A stretch of 63,849 nucleotides of DNA, the filler included, from Octopus bimaculoides (lineage: Eukaryota): NCBI RefSeq assembly GCF_001194135.2. It is 5 parts of 5 records of this genome, joined end to end, with 100 filler letters (N's around TTAATTAATTAA, not from the genome) between each part and the next. Parts side by side here need not be neighbours in the genome. Positions count along the whole stretch, not along the records: positions 47,844 to 59,861 come from NC_068983.1; positions 59,962 to 63,849 come from NC_069001.1; 3 more parts are not named here. One strand, given 5' to 3'. Below are positions 53,514 through 63,849 of this stretch, piece by piece. A program made the position numbers and the translations under genes. How positions within the stretch are numbered: the first letter of the stretch is position 1; every line of letters starts with the position of its first letter. Under the pieces are notes generated by a model. It had not been told where the DNA came from and made no database searches. It worked only from the letters and a program-made list of their open reading frames with translations.

Positions 53514-54571
53514 CTTAATGAATTTTAATTACTTTTTTCTGATGATATCTGAAAAGATACAACTTTCCTTTTCTACATTGTGTCTCTCCCCAACTGGCCT
53601 GTGACACAGCCCAACATTCACTCAGCCTATACATCGAGTTCCCTCTTGTATTCAGAGGAGAGGGAGAGAAGAAGGTGACAACTTGTAGCTTCATTACAGC
53701 TATATAACTGATCTTTATAAATTTTCATATTTAAGTAACATAAATTTATAAATTTATATTTTTATACTGACACTGATTATTGTCTTAACTACTTTCATTA
53801 GTTTAGCATGCACGTTTGTTTGTTTATGCCAATACTTTCTTCCTGCCCATTTGTTGACCACTTTCTCTATTTGACTCTTCCTATTCTGTTTCTATTTAAA
53901 TGTTTATAGGTTATGATCGCTGGTAATGTGAATATGACTATTTCTGCATAATAATTATTTCCTTTCTTTTTCCTTTCTTTCCTTCTTCCCTCTGTCTCTT
54001 CTGAAATTTTACAGAGACCTTTGCTAATCTGCAGTTTTCTTTCAGTTATTTTCAATTAGCTGAATCTCCATTAATTCATTTTTATATTCTAATGTTCTGC
54101 AATAATTCCTAGACGAACTTTTATCAAGAAGGATTAAGTAAGTGAATAAATAATGAGAGAATTTATTAACCATGTCACTTCAATTAATGACATCTTTAGA
54201 ATAGAAATGCCTTCAAATATTTGTTAATTTACACCCTCATTCTGCTATCCTACCACATGATTGACAAATTGTAATCTCATCCACTTTATATTTCTTAAAT
54301 GTTGGCAATTCTTATTAGAAATTTCACTTGTTGATTAATCAACATGTCACTTGTTTATATGGTAAGCTGGATAAGTTGAGAATTGCATAACATTGCGTAA
54401 TCTTATGGAAGTCATACACACGGCATACCTGACTATATCATGTTTCCATTGTTATAAAGACTCCTAATGGAACTGCTGTTGCAGTACCTGATAACCCATA
54501 TGATAATCCATTTATTTGCTTACATACAAACATGCATACATACATACATACATACATACATACATACATAC

Positions 54572-54792
54572 ATGATGATGATGGCCGTTCACTCGTGACC
54601 GAGGAAGACCATTGCTGACCTTCAGGAACATTGTGCGCTCTAGGACTAACTTATATTTTGCATTTGCGGCTCCGTTGGTGGCTAATGAGTCCTGCCCTTG
54701 ACAAGCATACATGACTGCAAACATTGCTTACCAAGCTTTCTCCATTCACTATACGAGCCGTGCGCTTTCGCGCAGCTCGCTTAAGTTTTTCA
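54572..54792 (-). mobile_element. RTE LINE 3' tip with zinc-finger-like C-terminus and (CAT)n tail
   Basis: KLKRAARKRTARIVNGESLVSNVCSHVCLSRAGLISHQRSRKCKI*; parallels ELKRACRKGKIVNSGEYRICIVC at ~27520-27600. Confidence 0.7.
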
Positions 54793-55218
54793 TATTCAAA
54801 CATATCCTGTTATTCACATACACAAAACAATACAAACATAAACACACCTACACAGTCATACAAATTAAAAACTACAAACAATGTGAGAAAATACAGAACT
54901 TGTTTTGAAATAAAGTCTTCTTATTGACTACATTAAACAGAATTTAGTCAGTGTTAAGAAGTAACTTGTCATTCGAAGATCATCAACAAGGTATGACATA
55001 CTAAATTTTTACTTATGAAAACTAATGATATATTCTTGTAATTTCATACTTTATGGTTTACTAGCAATGCACCCCAGTGTTGCCTGGGTGTTATGGCCTA
55101 CAGTCACATTGTATTATTTATTCTTTTCTTATGAGTAGAATCAGCACATGAGGAGTTTGAAGCAAACAACTCTTCTTTATAAACATGTTTTTCGGTCATT
55201 TTCTGATGAACAATGCTG

Positions 55219-55370
55219 CAGTTTTGTCTACCAAATTCAGTCACATGTTTATGGTTGGCATAGGATTATAGTAGGAAACACTTGCCCAAGGTACCAGGCA
55301 GAAGAACCGAACATGAAACCCATGTGGTTTGGAAGTAAACTTCTCAACCACTAAGTCATTCTTGCGCCTA
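55219..55370 (-). mobile_element. degenerate SINE family E
   Basis: acacttgcccaaggtacc..catgtggtttggaagtaaacttctcaaccac. Confidence 0.75.
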
Positions 55371-55810
55371 ATATGTGTGTGTGTTTACATTTGTTGTTAA
55401 ATCGAATATTGTGTCCTACTATGTCTCAAAGTTAGCAATTTATCAAGCAGAGATCTATAAAATAAATACCAGATTGACATACGTATTGATGTTTTTAAGA
55501 TCAAGTAAATTTATGAAGATAATACCCCATCATAGCAACAGTCAAAAGACTAAACCCAGTAAAATAATGTTTAAAAACTTAATGGCATCAAATTTAAGGT
55601 AATGGATTACTAACCACAAGATGAGTTCAAAACTTTATATTGATCTTCCACTCTATATAATAACAGTATATGTACATCTCAGTTTACTTGACTTCCAACA
55701 ATTAACAAATGTAATTTGAAGTTGAAAGGTTAGCAGTAAGAAAGATGTCCATATTTCTTTAAAAATTATTGTGTAAAATATTCTGAGAAAAAGTATTTTT
55801 TCACTACAAC

Positions 55811-55852
<42 letters not shown>

Positions 55853-56009
55853 AAAATAGCACTACTAGGCACCGCACACATCCTACATAAAACATTTTCA
55901 ATACAGTAAAAAAAGGCATCACCCCCTCAGATGCCTATTTTTTTTTGTTAGTTTTGTTTAAACTTTTTGGTTGATTTGAGTGTTGATAGCATTTATGATT
56001 TATGTTTTT

Positions 56010-56210
56010 ATTGCCCACAAGGTGCTAAACACAGAGGGGACAAACAGATTAAGTTGATCACATCGACCCCAGTGCATAACTGGTACTTATTTAATCGACC
56101 CCGAAAGGATAAAAGTCGACCTCAGCAGAATTTGAACTCAGAACGTAACAGCAGACGAAATACCGCTAAGCATTTCGCCCGGCGTGCTAATGTTTCTGCC
56201 AGCTCACCCC
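56010..56210 (-). mobile_element. SINE family D, tail b
   Basis: D head and core plus the cacagaggggacaaac tail seen at 10803. Confidence 0.85.
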
Positions 56211-59200
56211 ACCTGTTGATAGCATTGAATGGCTCTTTTGTGAATTTTCTTTCTTTTTTCTTTACTGTCTTACTAGAAGTGTCATGTTGCATTCCAACAG
56301 TTAATTCAGTGACTCTTGTTTTCTTTCATCAGTTCGATGTTGTGTTTAGTTTTTTTGTTATGCTGTAGTAGCTAGTACTGACTATGTTAGTAGAAGTACA
56401 CACTCTCTTATCCAAGACCTAGCTAACCACGTTTAGGAATTTGGAATTTTTCAGATTTGGGGAATGGTAGTACAGTCTATTCATATCCTAAGTTTTAGTT
56501 TCTAGAAATAGCTAAGTTGATCCCTCAACTTCGAAAACAAAATTCTGATTAACACGTCTTGATCATTGGTTGAACTTAGGTTTTGATGATCCCATCACAA
56601 GGTATTGACAGGCCAATCCTAGTAGGAAATGGAGACATTTTTGCCAAATTACTATAGTTGCAAGAAAACTACCACTAGTTAGCTTAAGATAATGTAAAAA
56701 TACACATTAAACAAGATACCTATGTACCAAATGCCTAGCAAAAGTATGTAAACACAGCCTAGCAAATGTATTGTACAGCATTGTTAATTTGTGTGATGAA
56801 TATTCATTCTCAGTGAGATTAAAAAAATCTTCGAGTAATATGGTTTATTTTTATTATAGTAAACTGTTAAATGAAATGTGATAAAGATAGACCATAAAAT
56901 TACCAGTGTATTTTTTATCTCTAATTTAAACATTTTCAAAGATTTTTCAAAGATTTTCAGTTTTTGGAATTATGGATTAAGATTTGTGTGCCTGTAGTGT
57001 CTTTTCTGGTGCCAGAAAGTATTATTATTCTGAATTTGTGCTATTTTTATATCAATCATTTTGTTTTTCGGTTCGGTGTCGCTAAATATTTTTCTGTTTA
57101 TCAGTTATTTTTGAAGATTAATTTAATCATAGATTTCATTTCAGATCAGTATGGTGTCCATTTCTCATTTCATTTGCAATTTCTTTGTTTCTGTTGATAT
57201 TTCCTTATTAGATGTTAAATTTATTTGTAATTCAGACTGATTTTTCAAAATGAATTCACACTGTTACCTACAAGAATCACCTTTTAATTGGATCTGTTGC
57301 CTAATGGTTTATTTCCCCAGTGCACTTTCAGCATTTTCCCCGAAACATTTGTATAAATGTTTGCCTGTTTACTATCAGTTTATATAATATTCATATATTT
57401 CTCCCTTACGTCACAAATATACTGACAAATACATTGCATTCTTTTAGTATGAGAACAGGTTAAGAGGTTATTGCTTAAAGAAAGAAGTAATCTATAAGAA
57501 AGCATTACTGTGAGAAAGCAAAACCCATTAAAAACTGTTAGCAACAAATGAAACATCTAAAATTAGGTACAAAGAACACATACACTCTTAAATTGTAAAT
57601 TAAACAAACGTGTGTCTGTGTGTCTGTCTATCTAGCTGTTATATGTATGTGAGCATGTGTGTGTGTATGTGTGTATGTTGTGGGCTATTTTTTTCCAGTG
57701 CACTTTTTGCAGAAAAAATATTGGTTTTGAGAAATTGGAGAGAGAAAAAGCAAGGAGAAATTTTTGTAGAAGCTATAAAAGGAGAGAGAAAAGAGAAAAC
57801 ATGAGGCAAAGAGAAGTACAATGTAAGGGAGAATACAAAGTAGGTGACAAAATAAGGGTGGAAAATAAAGGAAAGAAAAGGTATGAAGTTATCATAAAAA
57901 AAGAGGTAGTGATAAAGTGTATAGAAAACAAGATAAAGAAAGGCAGAAGGAGAGAGCAAAAAAAAAAAAAAAAAGAAAAATGGAAAAGATGCCTGATATT
58001 CTGCAAGGAAAAGTTATAAATCTATTTTTTGCCTGCTGTTCTCTCTTTCTTTTACAATGAGAGTGTGTTCAATACATTCGGGTCATTGGTGTACGGCATT
58101 CTGAGACATCATGTTTCAACATGTTTTTCTCTTGTCAGTCAGAAGCAGCCAGAACTTTGAGCACGAACTAAGCCACTGGCTTTGTTTATTATATTTTCAG
58201 TGAACAAATTATTTGCTGATTGGTGTTTATATCTGCCAACTGATAAAAAAAAATCGCTGTGTACTGTGTGAAGCGAGTTCTTGGAATGATCATTTACATA
58301 TTTATTCTTAACAATTCTTACCAGGTTCAGACTCAAAATATGATGGTTGCTGTAGTATTTGTCAGAGGAGAATAACTTCTCATCTTTACAATGACAGTGT
58401 ATTCAACACACTCAGCTCATTGGCACATGCAAATAATCATACTCCATTCTCTGTCCCTTTATGTGAAGGGACAGGATGAAATTTTGGGCTTGTCCTCATT
58501 TCATTGATACTGCTGTATTATTGTTTTAGTGCATCATAGAGACAATACCCAAGACACGATTATGCCACCAGAAATACTCCACAGGAGATGACTCACATCC
58601 TGGCAGAATAGTTCCAAAGAATCTTAAACTTAACACTGATTATATTAAGCAGTATCACTCCAACTCCACCATCTAATGTTATTAGATGGGGATAAAAGCA
58701 CATCATACTTTCCTCTCAAAATGACTCACAGCCTGTTGGTTTCATATCCTATAGCATGTTCCATGATAGCTTCCTTTGTACAGCTGCCTTCCATGCTAGG
58801 AGTCTCTCACCAGCTGTTGGGAGGCCATTGAATCTATTGAGTTCATATGCCCTTTGACAGGTTTTGTTTTCATCCTGCAAGATACCTCTTCCAGCCAAAA
58901 GACCAACAAAAAGCCACTTTCCTTACAAAGCAGATATGGTAGTGTTACTGGTTTAGTCACCTACAACCCAACTATATGACAGGTTGTACTGGGTTACATA
59001 TTAAAGGCCTGATGTATATATGTACATACACACATAGTATAAGCACATTTTTTAAAATAGCTATGTAGTTGAAGGAATATACCATATGTACACCATCAAA
59101 TAGCCTGTTTGGCTAAAAATGCCAAAAATAATAGTAGTTGATGACCAATATTATTTTTACTCAGGCAACTCCTTTCACATTTCATTGTTATTGAAACTCT

Positions 59201-59348
59201 TCAGCTAAGTAGAAAATCACTTTATATACACATGTTACAATTGCCATCAACAATTGCATCCTTCCCATCAGGAACAGTAGCAGCAGCAGCACCTTTTTCA
59301 ACATCATTAATGTTGTCGTCGTCGTCATCATCGTCATCATCGTCATCG

Positions 59349-59396
<48 letters not shown>

Positions 59397-59404
59397 CCAC
59401 CACC

Positions 59405-59469
<65 letters not shown>

Positions 59470-59590
59470 GTCCTGAACCTCATCTGAGAAACCAATAGTT
59501 TGAAGAGTACTAACACATTTACAACTAACCTGAAAAGTAACTGTTTTATCAATGATATGTCATAAATTATTATTTGTTTCTTTACAGATA

Positions 59591-59681
59591 ATGAAGATAA
59601 AGATATATCCTTGTCAGTCCCGTCATACCTATCTGACACTATTAGTATTTGCAGCTTTAACTGTATCTGGACATGCTCAAA
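59591..59681 (+). CDS. first coding exon of a secreted or membrane protein (signal peptide); exon 59588-59681; gene continues beyond what is recognisable here
   Basis: Acceptor tatttgtttctttacag; ATA-ATG with A at -3; MKIKIYPCQSRHTYLTLLVFAALTVSGHAQ (basic n-region, hydrophobic core, G-H-A cleavage site); consensus donor AA|gtaagt; phase 1. Confidence 0.6.
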
Positions 59682-59817
59682 GTAAGTATAGATATTATAT
59701 GTACAATACTTTCATATTCAATAATGACTCACGCAAGATTACATATTTCTTGATTAGTGAACATTAGCATTGTTTGTTCATTTATACCCATAGACATCAG
59801 CAATACACCACATTCAC

Positions 59818-59861
<44 letters not shown>

Positions 59862-59987
59862 NNNNNNNNNNNNNNNNNNNNNNNNNNNNNNNNNNNNNNN
59901 NNNNNTTAATTAATTAANNNNNNNNNNNNNNNNNNNNNNNNNNNNNNNNNNNNNNNNNNNNATATATATATATATATATATATATAT

Positions 59988-60153
59988 ACGACGGGCTCCT
60001 TTCAGTTTCTGTCTACCAAATCCACTCACAAGGCTTTAATCGGCCCGAGGCTATAGTAGAAGACAATTGCCCAAGGTGCCACGCAGTGGGACTGAACCCG
60101 GAACCATGTGGTTGGTAAGCAAGCTACTTGCCACTCAGCGACTCTTGCGCCTA
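59988..60153 (-). mobile_element. SINE family E, well preserved
   Basis: Reverse complement of the 20658-type copy; starts at (TA)n. Confidence 0.88.
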
Positions 60154-60182
60154 TAGCAGAAACGATTATAATTGTTGTTATA

Positions 60183-60217
<35 letters not shown>

Positions 60218-60218
<1 letters not shown>

Positions 60219-60257
60219 GAGTGAGAAAGCAATGCATGCCATCAAAGGGACGCTGGA
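60218..60257 (-). mobile_element. element X, 3'-terminal ~40 bp with (AAT)n tail
   Basis: gagtgagaaagcaatgcatgccatcaaagggacgctgg is the reverse complement of the X 3' end (31940-31978); abuts (ATT)n at 60170-60217. Confidence 0.65.
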
Positions 60258-60791
60258 ACCCCCTTCTGTTGCGAACGTTAGGGCTCAATAACCTGTCTCA
60301 GGATAGCTTCTCCCTATTCTTCCACAAATCTCAATGTCAAGGGCATAGCCCTTTATTTCTCTGTACAACAATAAAAAAAATAGAGTAACAAAAAGAAAAA
60401 AACCATGAAAGAAAAATACAGGCACTCCAAAAGAAAAATAAGCAATATATTCGGAAGTGTTTAATCCGGAAGCGGGCTGTGGTTTATTTTCCTTGATGTA
60501 TTTCCTTTGAAAGTATTTAAACAAAAACACAAATTTACTCAAACACACAACACTGAATCACACACATACACATGGATATACACAACCATATATAAATACA
60601 TATGTTCTTACGGGATGAATGGGGCTGCTGTGTGTAGGAAAGTATTATTGAAGTATTGCTCCTATATATTCTAACGCAGTCGAGTTTACTGTAATCCAGA
60701 GAAAGAGAGAGAGAATGTGTGTGTGTGTACGTAAACACGCATGCACAAACTCCACACAAACACGCACACGTGTATGTGTATGTATGTGTGT

Positions 60792-60839
<48 letters not shown>

Positions 60840-60883
60840 TACACACACAAGAGGGTGTTTGGGCTAAATTTGACAGATAATAG

Positions 60884-61640
60884 GTCTGATCAGTAAGTAT
60901 CCGGACTGTTGCATAGTAACGAAGCAAAAGCACGCTGAGTGAAACTGCTTGGAACAGACTGACCTTGAATTCTGCTGTGCATGCACACTAAGTTTTCACG
61001 TTCTAACTCACTCCCGCTGTTTACAGCAGTGCTTGAAAGGAAGGTGTGTAGCGTGTGACCGTCGCATTGACCAAGACAGATAAATGTGTCATGGCGATAT
61101 CTGTTCAGAGGTCTACGGAGAGTTGCAGAAAGTGTATAGAGAAGAGTGTTTTAGCCGCACACGGTGTACGAGTAGTTCAGACGTTTTCAAGATGATCGAA
61201 AAAATATCGATATTGACGAGCGTTCAGGGGGTCCCGCAACCAGCAGAACTGAGTAAAACATCACAGATATGCGTGCAGATGTGAGGGGAAATCGTCGAAT
61301 CACCTTCCGTGAGTTATCAGAGGGTGTGCAGCGTAGTTTGCGGTTCCGTTCAGTCCATTATCTCTGAAGATTTGGGTGTGAGAAGCGTGTCTGCAAATTC
61401 TGTGCCAAAACTGCTTTCAGTTGACCAAAAAAAAACACTCTGATTTCAGTTGTACAATATCTCCTTGATTGTGTCGAGAGCGACGAAAACTTTTTGAAAA
61501 CTTTGCGTAGGCTTCTGAGCAAATATCGCTAAGCTTTTGACAAAATTTGATGCATATTTCTGATCAAATTTCTTTGTCATGGTCTATGCGATGATTGCAC
61601 GCTACACATCTTCCTTCCAAGCACTTCTGTAAACAGCGGA
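60884..61640 (+). mobile_element. internally deleted mariner derivative with long TIRs
   Basis: ggtctgatcagtaagtatccggactg end; HTH remnant EVYGELQKVY..DERSGGPATSR..NRRIT..VPKLLS; 61014-61071 is inverted at 61581-61639. Confidence 0.8.
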
Positions 61641-61649
61641 ATTAAGAGG

Positions 61650-61935
61650 CCAGAAATTGGTGCTGGTGAAGTTTTAGAGATTCTCCGGTAACCACTTCTG
61701 ATGTTTTCTGGAGATATGACAAGGAATCGAATCTTAGTGTCATACATATGGCCTTCAAGCAGTAACGCTCTCGAGCTACAGTCTGACCGGAGTCTCCAGC
61801 AACTTTAGATAGCCGTCTGAATTGAACCTCAGGCCCTGTTCTACGATTACGGCATAATGACCTCACTTTCACTGGAGACACACTAAAGACCATCACAGTT
61901 TGGGGAACTTGGTTTTCATGATGTCCATGTCACAC
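61650..61935 (-). pseudogene. maT/Bmmar1-like (DD37D-type) transposase fragment
   Basis: Across frames: MKTKFP, QTVMVF, VSSESEVIMP, EQGLRFNSDGYLKLLET, RPYV*H*DSIPCHISRKHQKWLPEN..NFTSTNFWP. Confidence 0.75.
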
Positions 61936-62194
61936 CTTACAGCCTTTACAGTTTTCACTGAACATTGAGCATCAGTCATGACTGTCGACGTTTTGATAGG
62001 CGGCAAGAATCATCATGATACAGGTAATTCTTTTCCAATATTCAAATGGCTTCCAGTCCACAATGTCAGTTACCTATTTGTCAACCACAATTTTAATCTT
62101 TATGCTCTACAATGTTATTGACTGTTCACCAATATATCAAGCTGTTCCTCAAAATAGGAGACATGAAGAAGCCGCAACACCACATATACATATA

Positions 62195-62229
<35 letters not shown>

Positions 62230-62233
<4 letters not shown>

Positions 62234-62470
62234 GGCACGCATGATTTGGTCGTTGCACTGATGATCGCAACATCATAGTTTCGGTTTTCTGACCGGATGT
62301 GCGTTGTGTTCTTGAGCAAGACACTTCATTTTAAATAGCTCCATGATGGAGAAAATAGGCCTGTCCGCCTAGCAAACGAGATGGCATCATTCGAAAGATA
62401 AAACAGTGCGAGGAAGTGCATTGTGACCAGCGATATACAGTAACATTCGATAGTCTGGACGACACAGTGA
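62230..62470 (+). mobile_element. degenerate SINE, body B with a third tail type
   Basis: gcgttgtgttcttgagcaagacacttcatttt body; tail gcattgtgaccagcgat unlike tails 1 and 2. Confidence 0.55.
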
Positions 62471-62984
62471 TACACACACACAAACACACATATATAGATA
62501 TATTGATAACTAGATCTATAGACAGATATATACACATGCATACAAACATATACCTACACATATTTCAACACAAACACACATTTATGCATATATCTCTATG
62601 TTTTTGTGTATTTCTTACGTTTTTAAGCTTTCGTCTACAATTAATTATTTGTCAAGATGTAAGAATAGAAAAGCATTTAGAATTTGAGGCAGCTTGGGCG
62701 GAGTATAAATGAAATAATAGCTTTTCGTAACATCGTGTGTGTCTGTGTCTGTGTGCGTCTATGCATATATTTAAGAACATATAATTCATATACACACACA
62801 CACACAAACGTGTGTATCTGTCAATCTATGTCTCTCGCCTTTCCATTCGCTGTTTTTGTCTGTCTCCCCCTCCCCACTCTCTCTCTCTCTCTTTACACAT
62901 ACTTATTTAGGTATAATGTATTTTTATCTTTCCAGCATGAAAGAAAATATCGATGCCTACATATATATGTATGTATGTATGTAC

Positions 62985-63029
<45 letters not shown>

Positions 63030-63849
63030 AAAATGCATACATACATACGTTCGCATGTAGTTATGCATGGATATATATATATATATATATATTGTTCTTT
63101 CGCATGTGTGTGTAACCGAATCCAGCGTGTCAATGTATAAGTGTGTATATAACGATGTGCGTATATGTGTCAGCTTGTGTCTATATAAATTTTGTGTAGA
63201 CGTGTTTAAAAAGACGTGTGTCAGTGTTTAAGCAATAAAGTTGATTTTTCTGTTTGATCTTCATGACTGCCCCATAATGCAATGCCTTCTGGGAATATGG
63301 CGTCGACAATACTTGAGTTTTCTTAAATACAACCTTCTAGAATTTTTGGGAAATTTTATTTCCTGAAAATATTGTAATTGATAAGTTTGACGACGACAAC
63401 TACAACGATGATGATAATGCTGATGATGATTATGATGACTGATAATTATAGGGACGATAATGACGATAATGGTGGTGGTGGTGGTTTTGGAGGAGGATGA
63501 CGAGGATGATGACGATGATATGGTGTTGTTGGTTTTGACGATGATGATGATGATGATGATGGGAATGATAACAAAATGATTATAATGGTAGAGAATACGT
63601 TGCTGCTGCTGCTAATGATAATGATGACGATGATGATGATGGTATTGGTGGTTATAATGTGTTCTCCACTGCAGACGTTTGATATTTGAGGTTAAGGTAG
63701 GGTTCTAGGTGGCGGCGATGTTATTAAAATACTTGAAACAGGTATGGTGGCGACGGCGGAGACGCTGCTGATTGTAGCTGTGGTGGTGGTTCTGGTATGG
63801 ATAGGATTGAATAAATTCCTGCTATATATATATATATATATATATATAT

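Noticed and set aside
58325-58480. Acceptor-preceded open frame GSDSKYDGCCSICQRR...
   Set aside because: No recognisable domain or consensus donor; ends in a stop
61975-62075. Minus-strand IVDWKPFEY resembling a voltage-gated calcium channel segment
   Set aside because: Similarity ends after 9 residues, a stop follows, and the region adjoins a maT transposase remnant

Overview
AT-rich, microsatellite-dense eukaryotic DNA with 17 assembly gaps. The SINE repertoire (tRNA-headed CORE-like, V-like and Meta-like families) and the composition point to a cephalopod, most likely Octopus (inference; no search run). There is no prokaryotic-type content and no complete protein-coding gene. Almost every ORF in the supplied track is a microsatellite or N-run artefact, or a transposon fragment. 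One convincing host exon encodes a signal peptide (59588-59681, +, phase-1 donor), and there is one weaker exon candidate (5893-5946). The rest is decayed mobile DNA: R4/Dong-type RLE retroelements (4 fragments), a second RLE family inside a (TACA)n array, RTE LINE ends (3), Tx1/L1 fragments (2), a near-complete DD36E Tc1 pseudo-transposase, mariner and maT remnants, about 30 SINE copies, four foldback elements and Penelope-like remnants with minimal hammerhead-ribozyme motifs. The most notable pattern is a set of retroelements tied to microsatellites: Dong-like LINEs, an unclassified ~540 bp non-coding element (5 copies) and a structured GC-rich element all sit at (AAT)n arrays. Also notable are combinatorial head/tail swapping among SINEs and a SINE dimer bounded by a single TSD. 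All of this comes from manual reading and translation, so boundaries are approximate to a few bases unless stated otherwise.
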